Assembly (NCBI GenBank): GCA_951406725.2
Contig: OX597818.1
Coordinates: forward strand, 12,400,001-12,464,000
Length of the DNA: 64,000 nucleotides
Direction: 5' to 3'
DNA from: Octopus vulgaris
Lineage: Eukaryota
A model generated the notes under the pieces. That model had not been told where the DNA came from, searched no databases, and saw only the letters and a program-made list of their open reading frames with translations. Position numbers and translations under genes: made by a program. This document shows positions 1 through 11,760 of this stretch, piece by piece. Numbering within the stretch: the first letter of the stretch is position 1; each line of letters starts with the position of its first letter.

Positions 1-129
1 CTATAAAAATATTATATTAAATATTATTAAATTACGTTTTATAGTATTTCATTTATTGAGCAGCTGAACGCCAAACATCCCGATTTTTTTTATGTATGAA
101 TGTATGTATGTATGTATGTATGTATGTAT

Positions 130-310
130 GTGTCCATCTATCTGTGTGTCTTTGTGTTAGTGTCTGTGCTTCCACTGTTTAACAGCCCATGCTGGTTTCT
201 TTACATCCCCGTAACATTAGCGCTTCGGCAAAAGTGTCCGATTAAATTAATACGAGGCTTTAAAAATATGTATCCATGTAGTTTCCATTCCAGGCTGTGC
301 TTCGTCATGG
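130..310 (+). mobile_element. SINE family B, 3' half, degraded
   Basis: Similar to the 3' half of the full copy at 52441-52857 (gctggtttctttacatccccgtaacattagcgcttcggcaaaag); preceded by a (GTAT)n microsatellite. Confidence 0.7.
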
Positions 311-744
311 CTTCTGATATAACACATAACCTAACTACACACACTCCTACTACGATTGTGACTTCATCACCTAACTCTGTTTCTCTTCCATATTTTTTTT
401 TACTTAGGGACACCTTTGATCTTTATTTTACTTGGATGCGCCCTCCTAGACGTTCGTTGTTAAAAATCCTATGATATTATAATTGAAAATTATGAGAAAT
501 TATATAAAAATAATTATTAAAATATTTTGTGTACTGTAGGAGAATAAACAATTTACTGGAGAAAATCTTGTATGGACCCAGAGTAAGAACCACAGACCAA
601 ACTGAATGGCATCAGGCATCACTCTGTGGCTATTTATCACCGTTCCCCTCTACAAATGATTTACTCACTTTACCATTTTTGCTACTGTATACACACTCTG
701 CTTCCAAACGCTGCTATTACTGTATCCAAGGATTATTTGTTTGT

Positions 745-872
745 AGCGGTGAGTTAAGAAGCTTACCTCCTATCCACATGGTTCCGGGTTCAGTCCCACT
801 GTGTGGTACCTTGGGGCGACCAAAGCCTTGTGAGTGGATTTGGTAGACAGAAACTGAAAGAACTCGTCGTAT
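745..872 (+). mobile_element. SINE family B, 5' tRNA-like half
   Basis: ccacatggttccgggttcagtcccactg...ccaaagccttgtgagtggatttggtagacagaaactgaaagaa matches the head of 52441-52857. Confidence 0.8.
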
Positions 873-875
873 ATT

Positions 876-1050
876 TACGAGGTGGAAATCGATAACATTG
901 AGTCCAGTGCGCAGCTGGCACAGATTTTCTCGAGACTGAAGCGATGTAAGGCAACGTTGACCTCAGCGGTATTCGAACTCAGAAAGTAAAGAGTAGTAAA
1001 AAATGCCACTAAGCATTTGTCCGACGCGGTATCGAATCTGCCAGCTTACC
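876..1050 (-). mobile_element. SINE family A, degraded
   Basis: Reverse complement of gctggcaga...aaatgcttagtggcattt...ttctgagttcgaat...gaggtcaac, as in the other family A copies. Confidence 0.75.
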
Positions 1051-1271
1051 TCATGCTTGTGTATGTGTGTATGTGTGTGTGTCTGTGTGTGCAGCCGAAA
1101 TTGCAAAGATAAGCCGAAATTGCAAAGATAATCTGGAACTCGACTGAGGAAAGAAAACTTTGAATGACCCGTCCGTGTTTTTCTTGTCCCTTTTTGTATC
1201 ATCTAGCTGTCTGGATGTTTTGTGTTCTTGTCCCATTTTTTGTATTCCTTTATATATATATAAGTTCAGCA

Positions 1272-1703
1272 AAAATTAGATTCAAATGAATATGGTACTT
1301 AAGTTGGATGCACCAGAATTCTGTATGGTGTTATCCATATAAATCCATGGGGTGATTATAATCAAAATAAGCAGCAAAAATAACTCCAGTAATTTGGTAC
1401 GATCGTTTCGCACTACATCATTTTATTAAATGTTGTAAGTATTACAACAGTTTTAAAATGCTGAGCACTCATCAGCCATCAATAGAGGTTTTCCATTAAT
1501 ACATAATTTTCATATCAAGTGGTAACATTATAGAGAAGGTAGATATATAGACAAAGATGTGGATTTAAATTTTAAGAACATTTGAGGTAGTAAATTGAGG
1601 AAAAAGTTCGTGGGCCGTGTTTTTAAGAATAGTCTTTGTTTTTGAATAAATTCTTGCATAATAAAATCATTATTTTAAAACAACGCACGAACTTTTTCCT
1701 CAA
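1272..1703 (-). mobile_element. Penelope-like/retrozyme-like non-coding terminal remnant carrying a hammerhead ribozyme
   Basis: Contains the HHR at 1395-1478 (-); 18-bp perfect inverted repeat at 1595-1612 / 1686-1703 on its 5' side; no ORF. Family assignment is inferred from the HHR style. Confidence 0.55.
1395..1478 (-). ncRNA. Type I hammerhead ribozyme, intact core
   Basis: Minus strand: ugg-CUGAUGA-stem II (gugcu/agugc, cauuuua/uaaaaug, uguuguaa/uuacaaca)-GAAA-cgaucg-UA-cca. Palindromic stem III ACGAUCGU; GUA triplet with predicted cut at 1398/1397. Confidence 0.85.
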
Positions 1704-2280
1704 CCTAGTATATATATAGGCATATATTTTTACATATATGTGTTTGTATACACACACATACACATATATATGTATATTTATATAATTGTAGATAATTGTG
1801 TATGATGTATACGGGTGTGCATGTATAGAGAAGTAAGTTTATATACATGTTATATACATATATATAACTGTATACATACATAGATACACGCGCACACACA
1901 TACACATACATATAGATCCATACACACATCTATCATTGTAAGTGTGAATGTGTCATTCAACATCTATGAATATATCTAGAAGAGACATACGGTTGTCTAA
2001 GATTGATGAAACAAATTATTTATGGAGTAAACCTAATCCTCGGTGGATTATGAAGCTCAGTGGTAAAATATTCAATAGGGATCAAAATGTCTCGCTCAAA
2101 ACCTACTTTAAATCAATTTTGTTATGACCGATATCTTTGTCACAAGTCCTTTGAAATTAATATTATTTCCATGCATTTTGAATGATAAAATGATATTAAT
2201 TCCAGAAACATGCGGTTTGGGATCAAATCTCACCTTCGACAGCTTTGTCTTCCGTAGTCAGTCAATATGTGTGTGAGTGA

Positions 2281-2468
2281 AGGCTGCAAGGTGGCAGAAA
2301 CGTTAGCACGCCGGGCGAAATGCGTAGCGGTATTTCGTCTGCCGTTACGTTCTGAGTCGACTTTGCCTTTCATCCTTTCGGGGTCGATAAATTAAGTACC
2401 AGTTGCGTACTGGGGTCGATCTAATCGACTGACCCCTCCCCCCAAATGGGCCTTGAATATTAAAAGAA
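2281..2468 (+). mobile_element. SINE family A (tRNA-derived head, monomeric, internal deletion)
   Basis: ggcagaaacgttagcacgccgggcgaaatgcgtagcggtatttcgtctgccgttacgttctgagt...gtcgactttgcctttcatcctttcggggtcgat. Confidence 0.85.
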
Positions 2469-2534
2469 TACGCGTGTGAGTGTGTGTGTGTATAAAATGC
2501 TTATATACACAGGTGTATATACGTCACTCTCTCC

Positions 2535-2538
<4 letters not shown>

Positions 2539-2578
<40 letters not shown>

Positions 2579-2670
2579 TGTACGTATTTATATTATATAT
2601 ATATATATATATATGCATGTATGTACGTATTTGTATATATATATATTCGCTAAACGAATCGCAACAGCCA

Positions 2671-2753
<83 letters not shown>

Positions 2754-2763
2754 TGTATGTACG

Positions 2764-2802
<39 letters not shown>

Positions 2803-2860
2803 CGTATATATATATATATATATATATATATGCATGTATGTACGTATTTATATATATATA
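2539..2860. repeat. (AT)n compound microsatellite with interspersed gcatgtatgtacgt units
   Basis: Seen directly. Confidence 0.95.
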
Positions 2861-2919
2861 TTTTTTTTTTGTACTTGTTTCAGTCATTTGACTGCGGCCA
2901 TGCTGGAGCACCGCCTTTT

Positions 2920-3200
<281 letters not shown>

Positions 3201-3230
3201 CGTATATATATATATATATATATATATATA

Positions 3231-3390
3231 GGCGTGACTGTGTGGTTAGAAACTTGCTTCCCATCTAAATGGTCCCGGGTTCAGTCTAGCTGCCTAGCAC
3301 CTTGGACAAGTGTCTTCTATTATAGCCTCGGACCAACCAAAGCCTTGAGTGGATTTGGTTGATGGAAACTGAAAGAAGTCTGTCGTATAA

Positions 3391-3460
<70 letters not shown>

Positions 3461-3653
3461 ATCTTTGTGTTTGTGTTTGTGCGTAACTCTGTGTCTGTGT
3501 TTGACAACCAGCGCTGGTGTGTTTACGTACCCGCAACTTAGCTGTTTGGCAAAAGAGGCCTATAAAATAAGTACCAGGCTTATAAAAGAATAAGTTGTGG
3601 GGTCGATACCTTCAACTAAAAATTCTTCAAGGCGGTGCTCCAGCATAGCTGCA
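3231..3653 (+). mobile_element. SINE family B, near full length, with internal (TA)n(TG)n
   Basis: Head, internal microsatellite and tail are colinear with 52441-52857; the tail is truncated by the element at 3657. Confidence 0.85.
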
Positions 3654-3656
3654 CTC

Positions 3657-3843
3657 CCAGTGAACGGATCGCGGTCTCAAAGCGACAAGAATATTTCGAC
3701 AAATTAAATTTAAATGTTGAAGTGAATCTTACAGGTTTTGTGTATTTTGAAATGGCTAATAAATACCTCCCACGCTGCGATTGTTTTTGTTTCGGCATCC
3801 GATCTCAGATGAAGTCACTAGCAATGCAAGTACATCTCCGTAA
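3657..3843 (+). mobile_element. Short non-coding repeat (family shared with 54528-54867) with a degenerate HHR-like motif
   Basis: Clear similarity to both arms of 54528-54867 (cagtgaac..tcgcgg...aaattaaattt.aatgttgaagtgaatct...gtacatctccgt). Confidence 0.7.
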
Positions 3844-3852
3844 TATATATAT

Positions 3853-4004
3853 ACGACGGTTTTCAGTTTCTGTCTACCAAATTCACTGACAAGGTTTAGG
3901 TCTGTTTGGAGCTGTAGTAGAAAAGTCCCGAAGGTGCTGCGCAATGGGACTGAACCCGGAACCATGTGATTAGCAAGCAGACTTCTTCTCACACATCGAC
4001 GCCC
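3853..4004 (-). mobile_element. SINE family B, 5' half
   Basis: Reverse complement of the family B head (tttcagtttctgtctaccaaattcact...gggactgaacccggaaccatgtg). Confidence 0.8.
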
Positions 4005-4056
4005 ATAAATGTACATACATACATACATACATATATATAAATATATATATATATAC

Positions 4057-4123
<67 letters not shown>

Positions 4124-4220
4124 ATCCAAACATGAAAACACAAAGAGAAAACACAACAACGCGAGGACGTGGAAAAAATATAGTATTATTGGACGCTCAG
4201 GAAAGAAGGAAAGAAGGAGG

Positions 4221-4255
4221 GTCTAACGTTTCGAGCGGAGCTCTTCGTCGGAAAC
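4221..4255 (-). ncRNA. Minimal Penelope-type hammerhead ribozyme with a U4C change, within a PLE-like terminal fragment (about 4118-4284)
   Basis: Minus strand guuu-CCGACGA-a-gagc ucc gcuc-GAAA-cg-UU-agac; stem I guuu/agac, stem II gagc/gcuc, palindromic stem III ACGU. Confidence 0.65.
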
Positions 4256-4574
4256 ATAGGAGAAGGAAAGATCCAGAGAAGGGATATATATATATATATA
4301 TATATACATTTACTCACACACATACATTGTTGTACCTCGGGACAGTCATTTTTTTTTTACCCAAAAAAGCCCACGCACTATATATCCGTTGTTCACTCGT
4401 TTATTCCTGTCCTTATTTTAACTCATGTTCATTGTCCGGAAATCGTTCGTCTTTCTGTGACCTCCTCAGCGTCTTCGTGTGTGCTCTTCCTCTGCTTATT
4501 CCATTTTGTTCTTCTATGATGCGTATCTTTATATGTCCATGTCTCTGTGTGTGTGTGTATATATGTGTGTGTAC

Positions 4575-4608
<34 letters not shown>

Positions 4609-5359
4609 GTATGTATGTGTGTGTCATCGTTCTTAGGGACACTATGACCCTACTTGCCGCTGCTGCTGCCTTGAACCCGACATTTTGTAACGTTATTGTA
4701 ACTCACTCTTTGTATGTTCGCCCAAGCTGTCGCCATCGTGGTAGTTGTTGTTTGTTATTGCTGTTGTCGTTGTTGGTGGCGTTGTTGAGATTGCTGCGGC
4801 CGTTTGTGAAGTTACACTATGTGTATATGTGTATGTTGTTTCTATCCGTGTCCTTTGTACAGTTTTTTATGTCTAATCTTTTTTATATATTTATCACTGG
4901 TATATGCATCTATGTCTATCGTATGTGTATTACGCTGTTTGTATCTGGGTTTTGTTTTCTCCCTTTAATCTTTACTCGTCATGTTGTGTGATGTAGTGGT
5001 GTGTGTTATTGTTCCATTCGTGTTTTCTGTTGAGGCTCGGTCTGTCTATTGCTGTGTGCAACCTCTGTGATGTGTCTACGTGTTGTGTCAGTTCTATGCG
5101 TTGATAATACTTTGACCTCTATGGTATTGACTGAGCCTCTATGTTCTGCTTGAGCACCTCGAATTACAACAATATTTGTTTCAACACACGATCTTATCCT
5201 TATTTATATAAATTTATATATTTATTTCATCATTATATTCACTGCGGTGATATATTTGACCATATCGCACGAGGAGTTTTAGGCGGGTTATTTAAACTGG
5301 TCGTGTGCATACGTGCATATATATGTATGTATATGTTCGTATATGTAAGTATTCGTATA

Positions 5360-5407
<48 letters not shown>

Positions 5408-5425
5408 CATTTATGTGTTGCGTAT

Positions 5426-5483
5426 ATTCCACTTATGAGGCAAAGCATTTCTTATGCAAAGTCAGAATTCCAGGATCTGGAAT
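5426..5483 (+). ncRNA. Degenerate hammerhead ribozyme
   Basis: auucca-CUUAUGA-ggc aaa gcau..augc aaa guc-AGAA-uuccagga-UC-uggaau. The 6-bp stem I and stem II are intact, but the core is mutated (G5U; GAAA>AGAA). Confidence 0.45.
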
Positions 5484-5724
5484 TATCCAGTAATTTTTTT
5501 TGCTAGTTTATTTTGTCCTTTTGTCTTCTCTTCTGGTGCTGTATGAACTTTTAATATGGTTTTAGAGTCAAGCTTTTGCTGCTATTTCAAGCGTGGTGGT
5601 ATCTCTTTGATACTCTAAAATATAATTTTAATAATAATAATTATTACCTTTGAAGTGTTTTATTCCCATGCTGGCCACTTCATAAGTTCGATATTTAAAT
5701 AACGATCTTATCCATATATATATA

Positions 5725-6491
5725 TAGGGTGTCTCAAAAGTCACTGATGGGTTTTAATTTTTAATAACTTCCTTAACTTTACAAATAATTGCATAAAATT
5801 TTGATACTATGTAAAGGATATAATGGAAATTAATATGGACAAGGCAAATTTTGCAACACCACTACATCACATATGAAAAAATGACATCGATTAAATGGCA
5901 GCCATTTTCAACTTCGCACACACATGCTCTTTACAAAACTTGCACCATAACACTCTTAAGAGTTTCAGAGCCTATGATTGAGACCTTTTTGCGTCCTGCC
6001 ATTCAAAGTAGACTTCACATGATTCGAGCAAGATGGGGAAGCTGCTCATATCACAAGAGAAATGATGTAGTTGCTACGGCAGTGCTTTGGAGAGAGAATA
6101 ATCTCCCGCTACAGGAATGTCAACTGACCTTCACGTTCCCCAAACTTGACTAGCCTGGATTTTTTTTCTTGTGGGGATATCTGAAAGAGGGTTCACGTCA
6201 ATAGGCCCTGTTGCAACTGAAGGAGAACATCAATAGAGAAATCAGAGAAGTGGGGTCTGAAACGCTTGAGGGCCTTATGGTGAAACTTTTGGAAATACAA
6301 CAGGCGTGCGAATCGGAAAATGGCTGCCATTCAATTGATGTAATTTTCCATATGTAGTCGTGTTGTAATATTTGACATGTGCATATTAAATTCCATTATA
6401 TCCTTTATATTTATCAACATTTCATGCACATATTTGTCAAGTTAAGGACACTATTAAAAAAAAAACCATCAGTGACTTTTGAGACACCCTG
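5725..6491 (+). mobile_element. Non-autonomous Tc1/mariner-superfamily (maT/rosa-like) fold-back element
   Basis: TIRs (t)agggtgtctcaaaagtcactgatgg / ccatcagtgacttttgagacaccctg, TA flanks; transposase C-terminal remnant SRSPNLT..DFFLWGYLK...LKENI at about 6125-6357; the inverted arms extend about 250 bp. Confidence 0.85.
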
Positions 6492-6509
6492 TATATATAT
6501 ATATATATT

Positions 6510-6720
6510 CTTTTATTCTTTTACTTGTTTCGGTAATTTGACTGTGGCTATAATGGAGCCCCACCTTGAATCGATCCCAAGGATTATTCTTTGTAAGCCT
6601 AGTACTTATTCTATCAGTGTCTTTTGCTGAACGGCTAGCTTACGGGGACTTCCACCAGCATCGGTTGTCAAGCGATGGCGGGGGGACAAACGCACACACA
6701 CTCACACACACACACACACA

Positions 6721-6784
<64 letters not shown>

Positions 6785-6945
6785 TACACACACACACATG
6801 CGCACACATATACGACGGGTTTCTGTCAGTTTCCATCTACCAAACCCATTCACGAGATTTCGGTCGGCCGGAGGCTATAGTAGAAGACAATTGCCCAAGT
6901 TGTCGCGCAGTGTTACCGAACTCGGAACCATATGGTTGGGAAGGA
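6510..6945 (-). mobile_element. SINE family B with internal (CA)n
   Basis: Reverse complement of the head, microsatellite and tail of 52441-52857. Confidence 0.85.
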
Positions 6946-7167
6946 AGTAAAGACAAAAATGTAAATAATGGTCATTGGGGAGGGACATTACGGCAATTAT
7001 AAGGCACACGCTCTGAGGTATTTTTTCTTATTATTGGAGTGAAAACCCTCCTTAGATACAAGATTTGTTTCAATACACGTATTAGCATTATGAAGCTTGC
7101 AAACTAAAAACATAAATGTAGTATATATGAGTTCGTGCGTGTATGTATGTGTGCATGTGTGTGTGTG

Positions 7168-7223
<56 letters not shown>

Positions 7224-7369
7224 ACACACTACTTCAGTCTCATTCCAAGTTTTATTAGGCTTTATTGAGGATTTAATAACCTCCTGATCGTCGGCATGCT
7301 TCTGTGGATTTCGTTTTCATTGGAGAGAAAAGTGGGTATATATCTTTGACAGGGGAGATGGTGTGAAAT

Positions 7370-7372
<3 letters not shown>

Positions 7373-7466
<94 letters not shown>

Positions 7467-7480
7467 AAGAGAGAGAGAGA
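7373..7480. repeat. (GA)n microsatellite
   Basis: Seen directly. Confidence 0.95.
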
Positions 7481-8278
7481 GGAGGGTAAGAATGAAGGGT
7501 AAATTCAGAAAAGAATTATTTTTGTAGAAGAAATATTGGAATGAAGAGTGTTGTAGATAGATATAGATAGGGAAAGCATTAATCTATACCTGAATTTACA
7601 TCTGCTTTTGTATACATGTGAAAATATATGCTGTGTGTATGTATGTATGTATGTATGTATGTATGTATATATCTGTGTGTATGTGTATGTATGCATGTAT
7701 GTATATATCTGTGTGTGTGTGTATGTATGTATGTGTGTATATATGTGTCTGTGTTTGTATGTATGTATGTATATATCTGTGCGTGTGTGTGTTTGTATGT
7801 ATGTATGTACATATCTGCGTGTGTGTGTATGTGTATATATCTGAGAGTGTGTGCGTGTATTCGTATGTTTACAAATATGTACGTGTGTAGATGTGCGCAT
7901 GTACGCTGATGGATACATATGCATTTATGAATATGTTTCTTTGGAGGCGCGTGTGTACTACATTTATCTATCTTCAATAGCAGATGCGACCTTAGCGTAA
8001 AAGTCATAAACAAATTTGTGACAATAATTTTGAGCGTATTGCAATTAAATTTTTTCGTTCTAGAGTAAATAAAGTAGAAAAATGTGTGCAAAAGAGAACT
8101 TGCCAGAGATTATCTTTATTTATCCTCGTGGGAAAGTGCGATGACAGCGTAAAAATTATAATAAAAAGAAGCACCAACAATAATTCGTGTATATAAAAAT
8201 TAAAATTTTCTGTTCAATAACAAATTTATAGAAGAGAGAAAGACAGAAATATTAATATTCTCCTTTTGAACGAGACAA

Positions 8279-8349
<71 letters not shown>

Positions 8350-8619
8350 GAGCGAGAGAGCATGTGAGTGGGTGAGTGTGTCACTGTACGTATGCAAAAG
8401 AAAGAAAAGAAAACATGTTTATTTATTCGGTATGTAAACTGCGATCAAAGTGTTACAGTTTTAAATAAATTACCAAATATAGTTTTCTCTAATAAGAATT
8501 CAAATCTTCCTTCAATAATATATAAGTTACCTAAAATAATATAACAGTAAACCAAAGTAAAAATTATATACACTCATACTGATATATGTGTGTATATGTA
8601 AATAAATAAATAAATAAAT

Positions 8620-8662
<43 letters not shown>

Positions 8663-8823
8663 ATATATATATATATGTATATATATGTATGTATATATGT
8701 ATATGTATATATATATATGTATATATACATATATAATATATATATGATATATATATATATATATACATATGTATATATTTATATATGTATATATATATAT
8801 ATATATAAGTTTATATATATATG

Positions 8824-8879
<56 letters not shown>

Positions 8880-8911
8880 TGAATGGAGTTGAACGAAGAT
8901 GTTAACAAAAT

Positions 8912-9007
8912 TCCTTTACTCTCGACATATGTTTCGAAGACAACATGGTTTCATTCCAAAGGAATAAATGGTGCAAGATGCAATCTTCTCATCAGGAAAG
9001 AAAAGGA
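8912..9007 (-). ncRNA. Type I hammerhead ribozyme, intact core (left arm)
   Basis: Mirror of 9193-9285: CUGAUGA...GAAA-cauaug-UC; predicted cut at 8924/8923. Confidence 0.88.
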
Positions 9008-9192
9008 GCCTCTCTCAACAACAAGACAAACAAAAATTGTTCCCTACCTATTATTCCTTTAACCCTTCTCTTCCTACTATCTAACTTTGACGTCAATTCT
9101 ACTAACGGTTTTTTAAAAACACTTATTATCGTTTTGTTTACCATGTAGGCAGTCATCGCAATTTTTGTTTGTCTTGTTGTTGAGAGAGGCTC

Positions 9193-9285
9193 CCTTTCTT
9201 TCCTGATGAGAAGATTGCATCTTGCACCGTTTATTTCTTTGGAATGAAACCATGTTGTCTTCGAAACATATGTCGAGAGTAAAGG
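9193..9285 (+). ncRNA. Type I hammerhead ribozyme, intact core (right arm)
   Basis: CUGAUGA 9203-9209; stem II gaaga/ucuuc, extended; GAAA 9263-9266; palindromic stem III ACAUAUGU; GUC 9272-9274; stem I ccuuucuuuc/gagag(u)aaagg. Confidence 0.9.
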
Positions 9286-9415
9286 AATTTTGTTAACATC
9301 TTCGTTCAACTCCATTCATTTATTTATTCATATATGACACACAAATTTCTGCACATGAACCCGGAGTTTTTACCCTTGGACAGGCTTCGGATCCAAACGC
9401 TTTGAAGGTTCCAAG

Positions 9416-9460
9416 TTATGTGAAGAACAAACGATAACACATCTGAAACAGCTGTAGTGA
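9416..9460 (+). ncRNA. Degenerate hammerhead-like remnant
   Basis: uuau-GUGAAGA...GAAA-cagcug-UA-guga; palindromic stem III retained, but C3 is mutated and stem II is decayed. Confidence 0.35.
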
Positions 9461-9508
9461 ACCTCCACCCATCTGTGTTGTTCTTTATGTATATATGTAC
9501 ATATATAC

Positions 9509-9561
<53 letters not shown>

Positions 9562-10094
9562 GTGTGTGTGTGTGTATATGTTTGTATGTATGTATTGCAT
9601 ATATATATGTATATGTGTATATATATATACATACATACATGCATGCGCACACACAGACACACACACACACACATATATAATATTCTTGAGGCCGTATTTC
9701 TTTGATTTTTAAAATATACTTTTACTTCTGGATGGGGTACTGCGTTTTCTTTTCCTCTTATGCAAACTGCCAAATGTAGCTTGAACACCCTGTACAACTG
9801 CTTATCCAATTAGAAAAGAGTAACTATTTATAATAAAGTTGTGGTGTATTTGTTTGGTTTACTACACTTTTATGAGCTTACAGGAACTGTAGTACAAGTC
9901 ATAATCATGCATGTAATGCAAATGAATAAAAATAATAGAACAGATGTTGTGACTGAAAGTATAAAACAAGCATAATAAACCAAAGCAGTAGCTGTGGGAG
10001 TCAGCAGTACTAAACAGGAATGGAAACGAATGATACAAAGCCTTGAAGACGAACAGTAATTACAGGTAAATAATGATATTAAGGAAACAGTATG

Positions 10095-10307
10095 GTGGCG
10101 AGGTGGTAGAATCGTTAACACGCCAGGCAAAATGCTTAGCGGCATTTCGCCTGTCATTAAGTTCTAAGTTCAACTTGTTATGAGTTCGACTTTGCCATTT
10201 ATCCTTTCGGGGTCGATAAAATAAGTACCAGTTAAGCACTGGGGTCAATGTAATCGATTTAGCCCCTCCTCGAAAATTTAAAGCCCTTTTAGTAGAAAAG
10301 ATATTAA
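10095..10307 (+). mobile_element. SINE family A, monomeric
   Basis: ggtggcgaggtggtagaatcgttaacacgccaggcaaaatgcttagcggcatttcg...cctttcggggtcgataaaataagtaccag. Confidence 0.85.
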
Positions 10308-11329
10308 GGAAGCAATAAAACAATCATGATGTATATAGAAACAATGCAACCTGTTCCTCCTCCTCCTCCTCCTCCTTCTCCTCCTCCTCCACCTCTTATT
10401 TTTCCATCTTCAATCATTGTTTGCATAAGCGTACTCGTATACAAAATGTAACCTTTAGTGCTGGGTCTGATGGTCTGAATTCTATAGAAAATCTGTATAG
10501 ATAAACTTACACATATATATATATATATATATACATATAATTATTTACATACGCGTCCACACATGTTTATAATATTAGTGACTATCCACTCGGTCTCACG
10601 CATGGCCACTTTATTATTGCGATCATTTACTTACATCAAGTTTGTAGAGCTTCTCTATCATGACGTTTTGCTGACTGCATAAAATTCATTTAATGTCTTT
10701 GTGGCTCAAAATTTACTGAAGCCTGATATAGTTTTCTTCATAAATATACGTATTCACGCCGATCTATAAATTTTATTGCTGTTGCATGCACTTGTAACTC
10801 GGTTACAATTTATTCCAGTTAATGATATAACATCAAAATTCTCTTAGGTAGTAGAATTGGATATTAATATAAATGGTGGAAATGCCAGCGATAAAGATAT
10901 TATTGAGAAAATCTGTGTGTTTGACTGACAGATTTTCCCCATTAATATCATTAGATGTTTCTGTAAATTCAGTTCAATCACAGTCTATGAAGTAATTACT
11001 AAATGAGATAATCATGTTACTACTTCTAATCTTCTTAGGCATATGTACATGTCCATACGCTCGCATCTGCATGTTACCGACATACCAATGTCAACTGAAG
11101 CATGCTTACTCACACATACACACACAAACGCAGTTTGAGAAACACATTGCTTCCTTTAAATTCTGGTTCTCTTATGTGCTTGCCCTATCGCTCTTACATG
11201 TTTAATTTTTAGTGACTGTACAAATACATGCATGTATACATACATACATACGTATATATATACATATATACGTATATACATACATATATGCGTGCATGCA
11301 TATCCAGAGGAAGGATTGCCCTGACATAT

Positions 11330-11760
11330 ACATCAAAACCATGTCAGAAACATCATGTATTCACACCTTTTAAAAACAAGGAATACTGGCGGAACACTCC
11401 AATCAAAACGGCAATTCGGTACAAACATCGCAGGCTTGATATTGTTCTGTGGAACAGAGAACAAAAGTCATGTACTGTTGTAGAGCTTAGGTACCCAGCG
11501 GATGTGAATGTACCATCAAGATTCCAGGAAAGAGAGCATTTATGGTGAATTAATGCCGAAATTCCCGCTCCTGTGTCCTGACTATTTCTAACTTGTACCT
11601 ATCATTATAGGTGCATTAAGCTTGTACCTAGAAATACTAGGCATCTCGACGAAAAAGCAAAAGAAACTGTCACGGATTCTCCAAATCCAATCTGTTGGTG
11701 GCATAGTGAAATTTTGTAAGATACTTCTAAGAATCTCCACCTCAGATTATTTAGGTGAAT
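11330..11760 (+). mobile_element. Non-LTR retrotransposon 3' fragment, restriction-like endonuclease (Dong/R4-like), degraded
   Basis: KEYWRNTPIKTAIRYKHRRLDIVLWNREQKSCTVVELRYPADVN resembles the RPDIV..K.C..IE..P.D.N REL motif; downstream VPIIIGAL in another frame. Confidence 0.7.

Larger units (their letters stand above)
8870..9328. repeat. Long inverted repeat (170-bp arms at 8870-9039 and 9159-9328, 119-bp spacer); Penelope-like/retrozyme-like termini head-to-head
   Basis: By manual comparison the arms are reverse complements with 3 transition mismatches; each arm contains an HHR; (TA)n array on the left. Confidence 0.95.

Noticed and set aside
1093-1176. 19-bp tandem duplication followed by CUGAGGA-aag aaaa cuu-u-GAAU...GUC
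   Set aside because: HHR-like order, but A15.1 is missing and stems I and III are unconvincing; cannot be supported without a family consensus.
4436-4472. Minus-strand CUGAGGA-g-guc..gac-GAAC motif
   Set aside because: GAAA is incomplete and there is no credible stem III or stem I.
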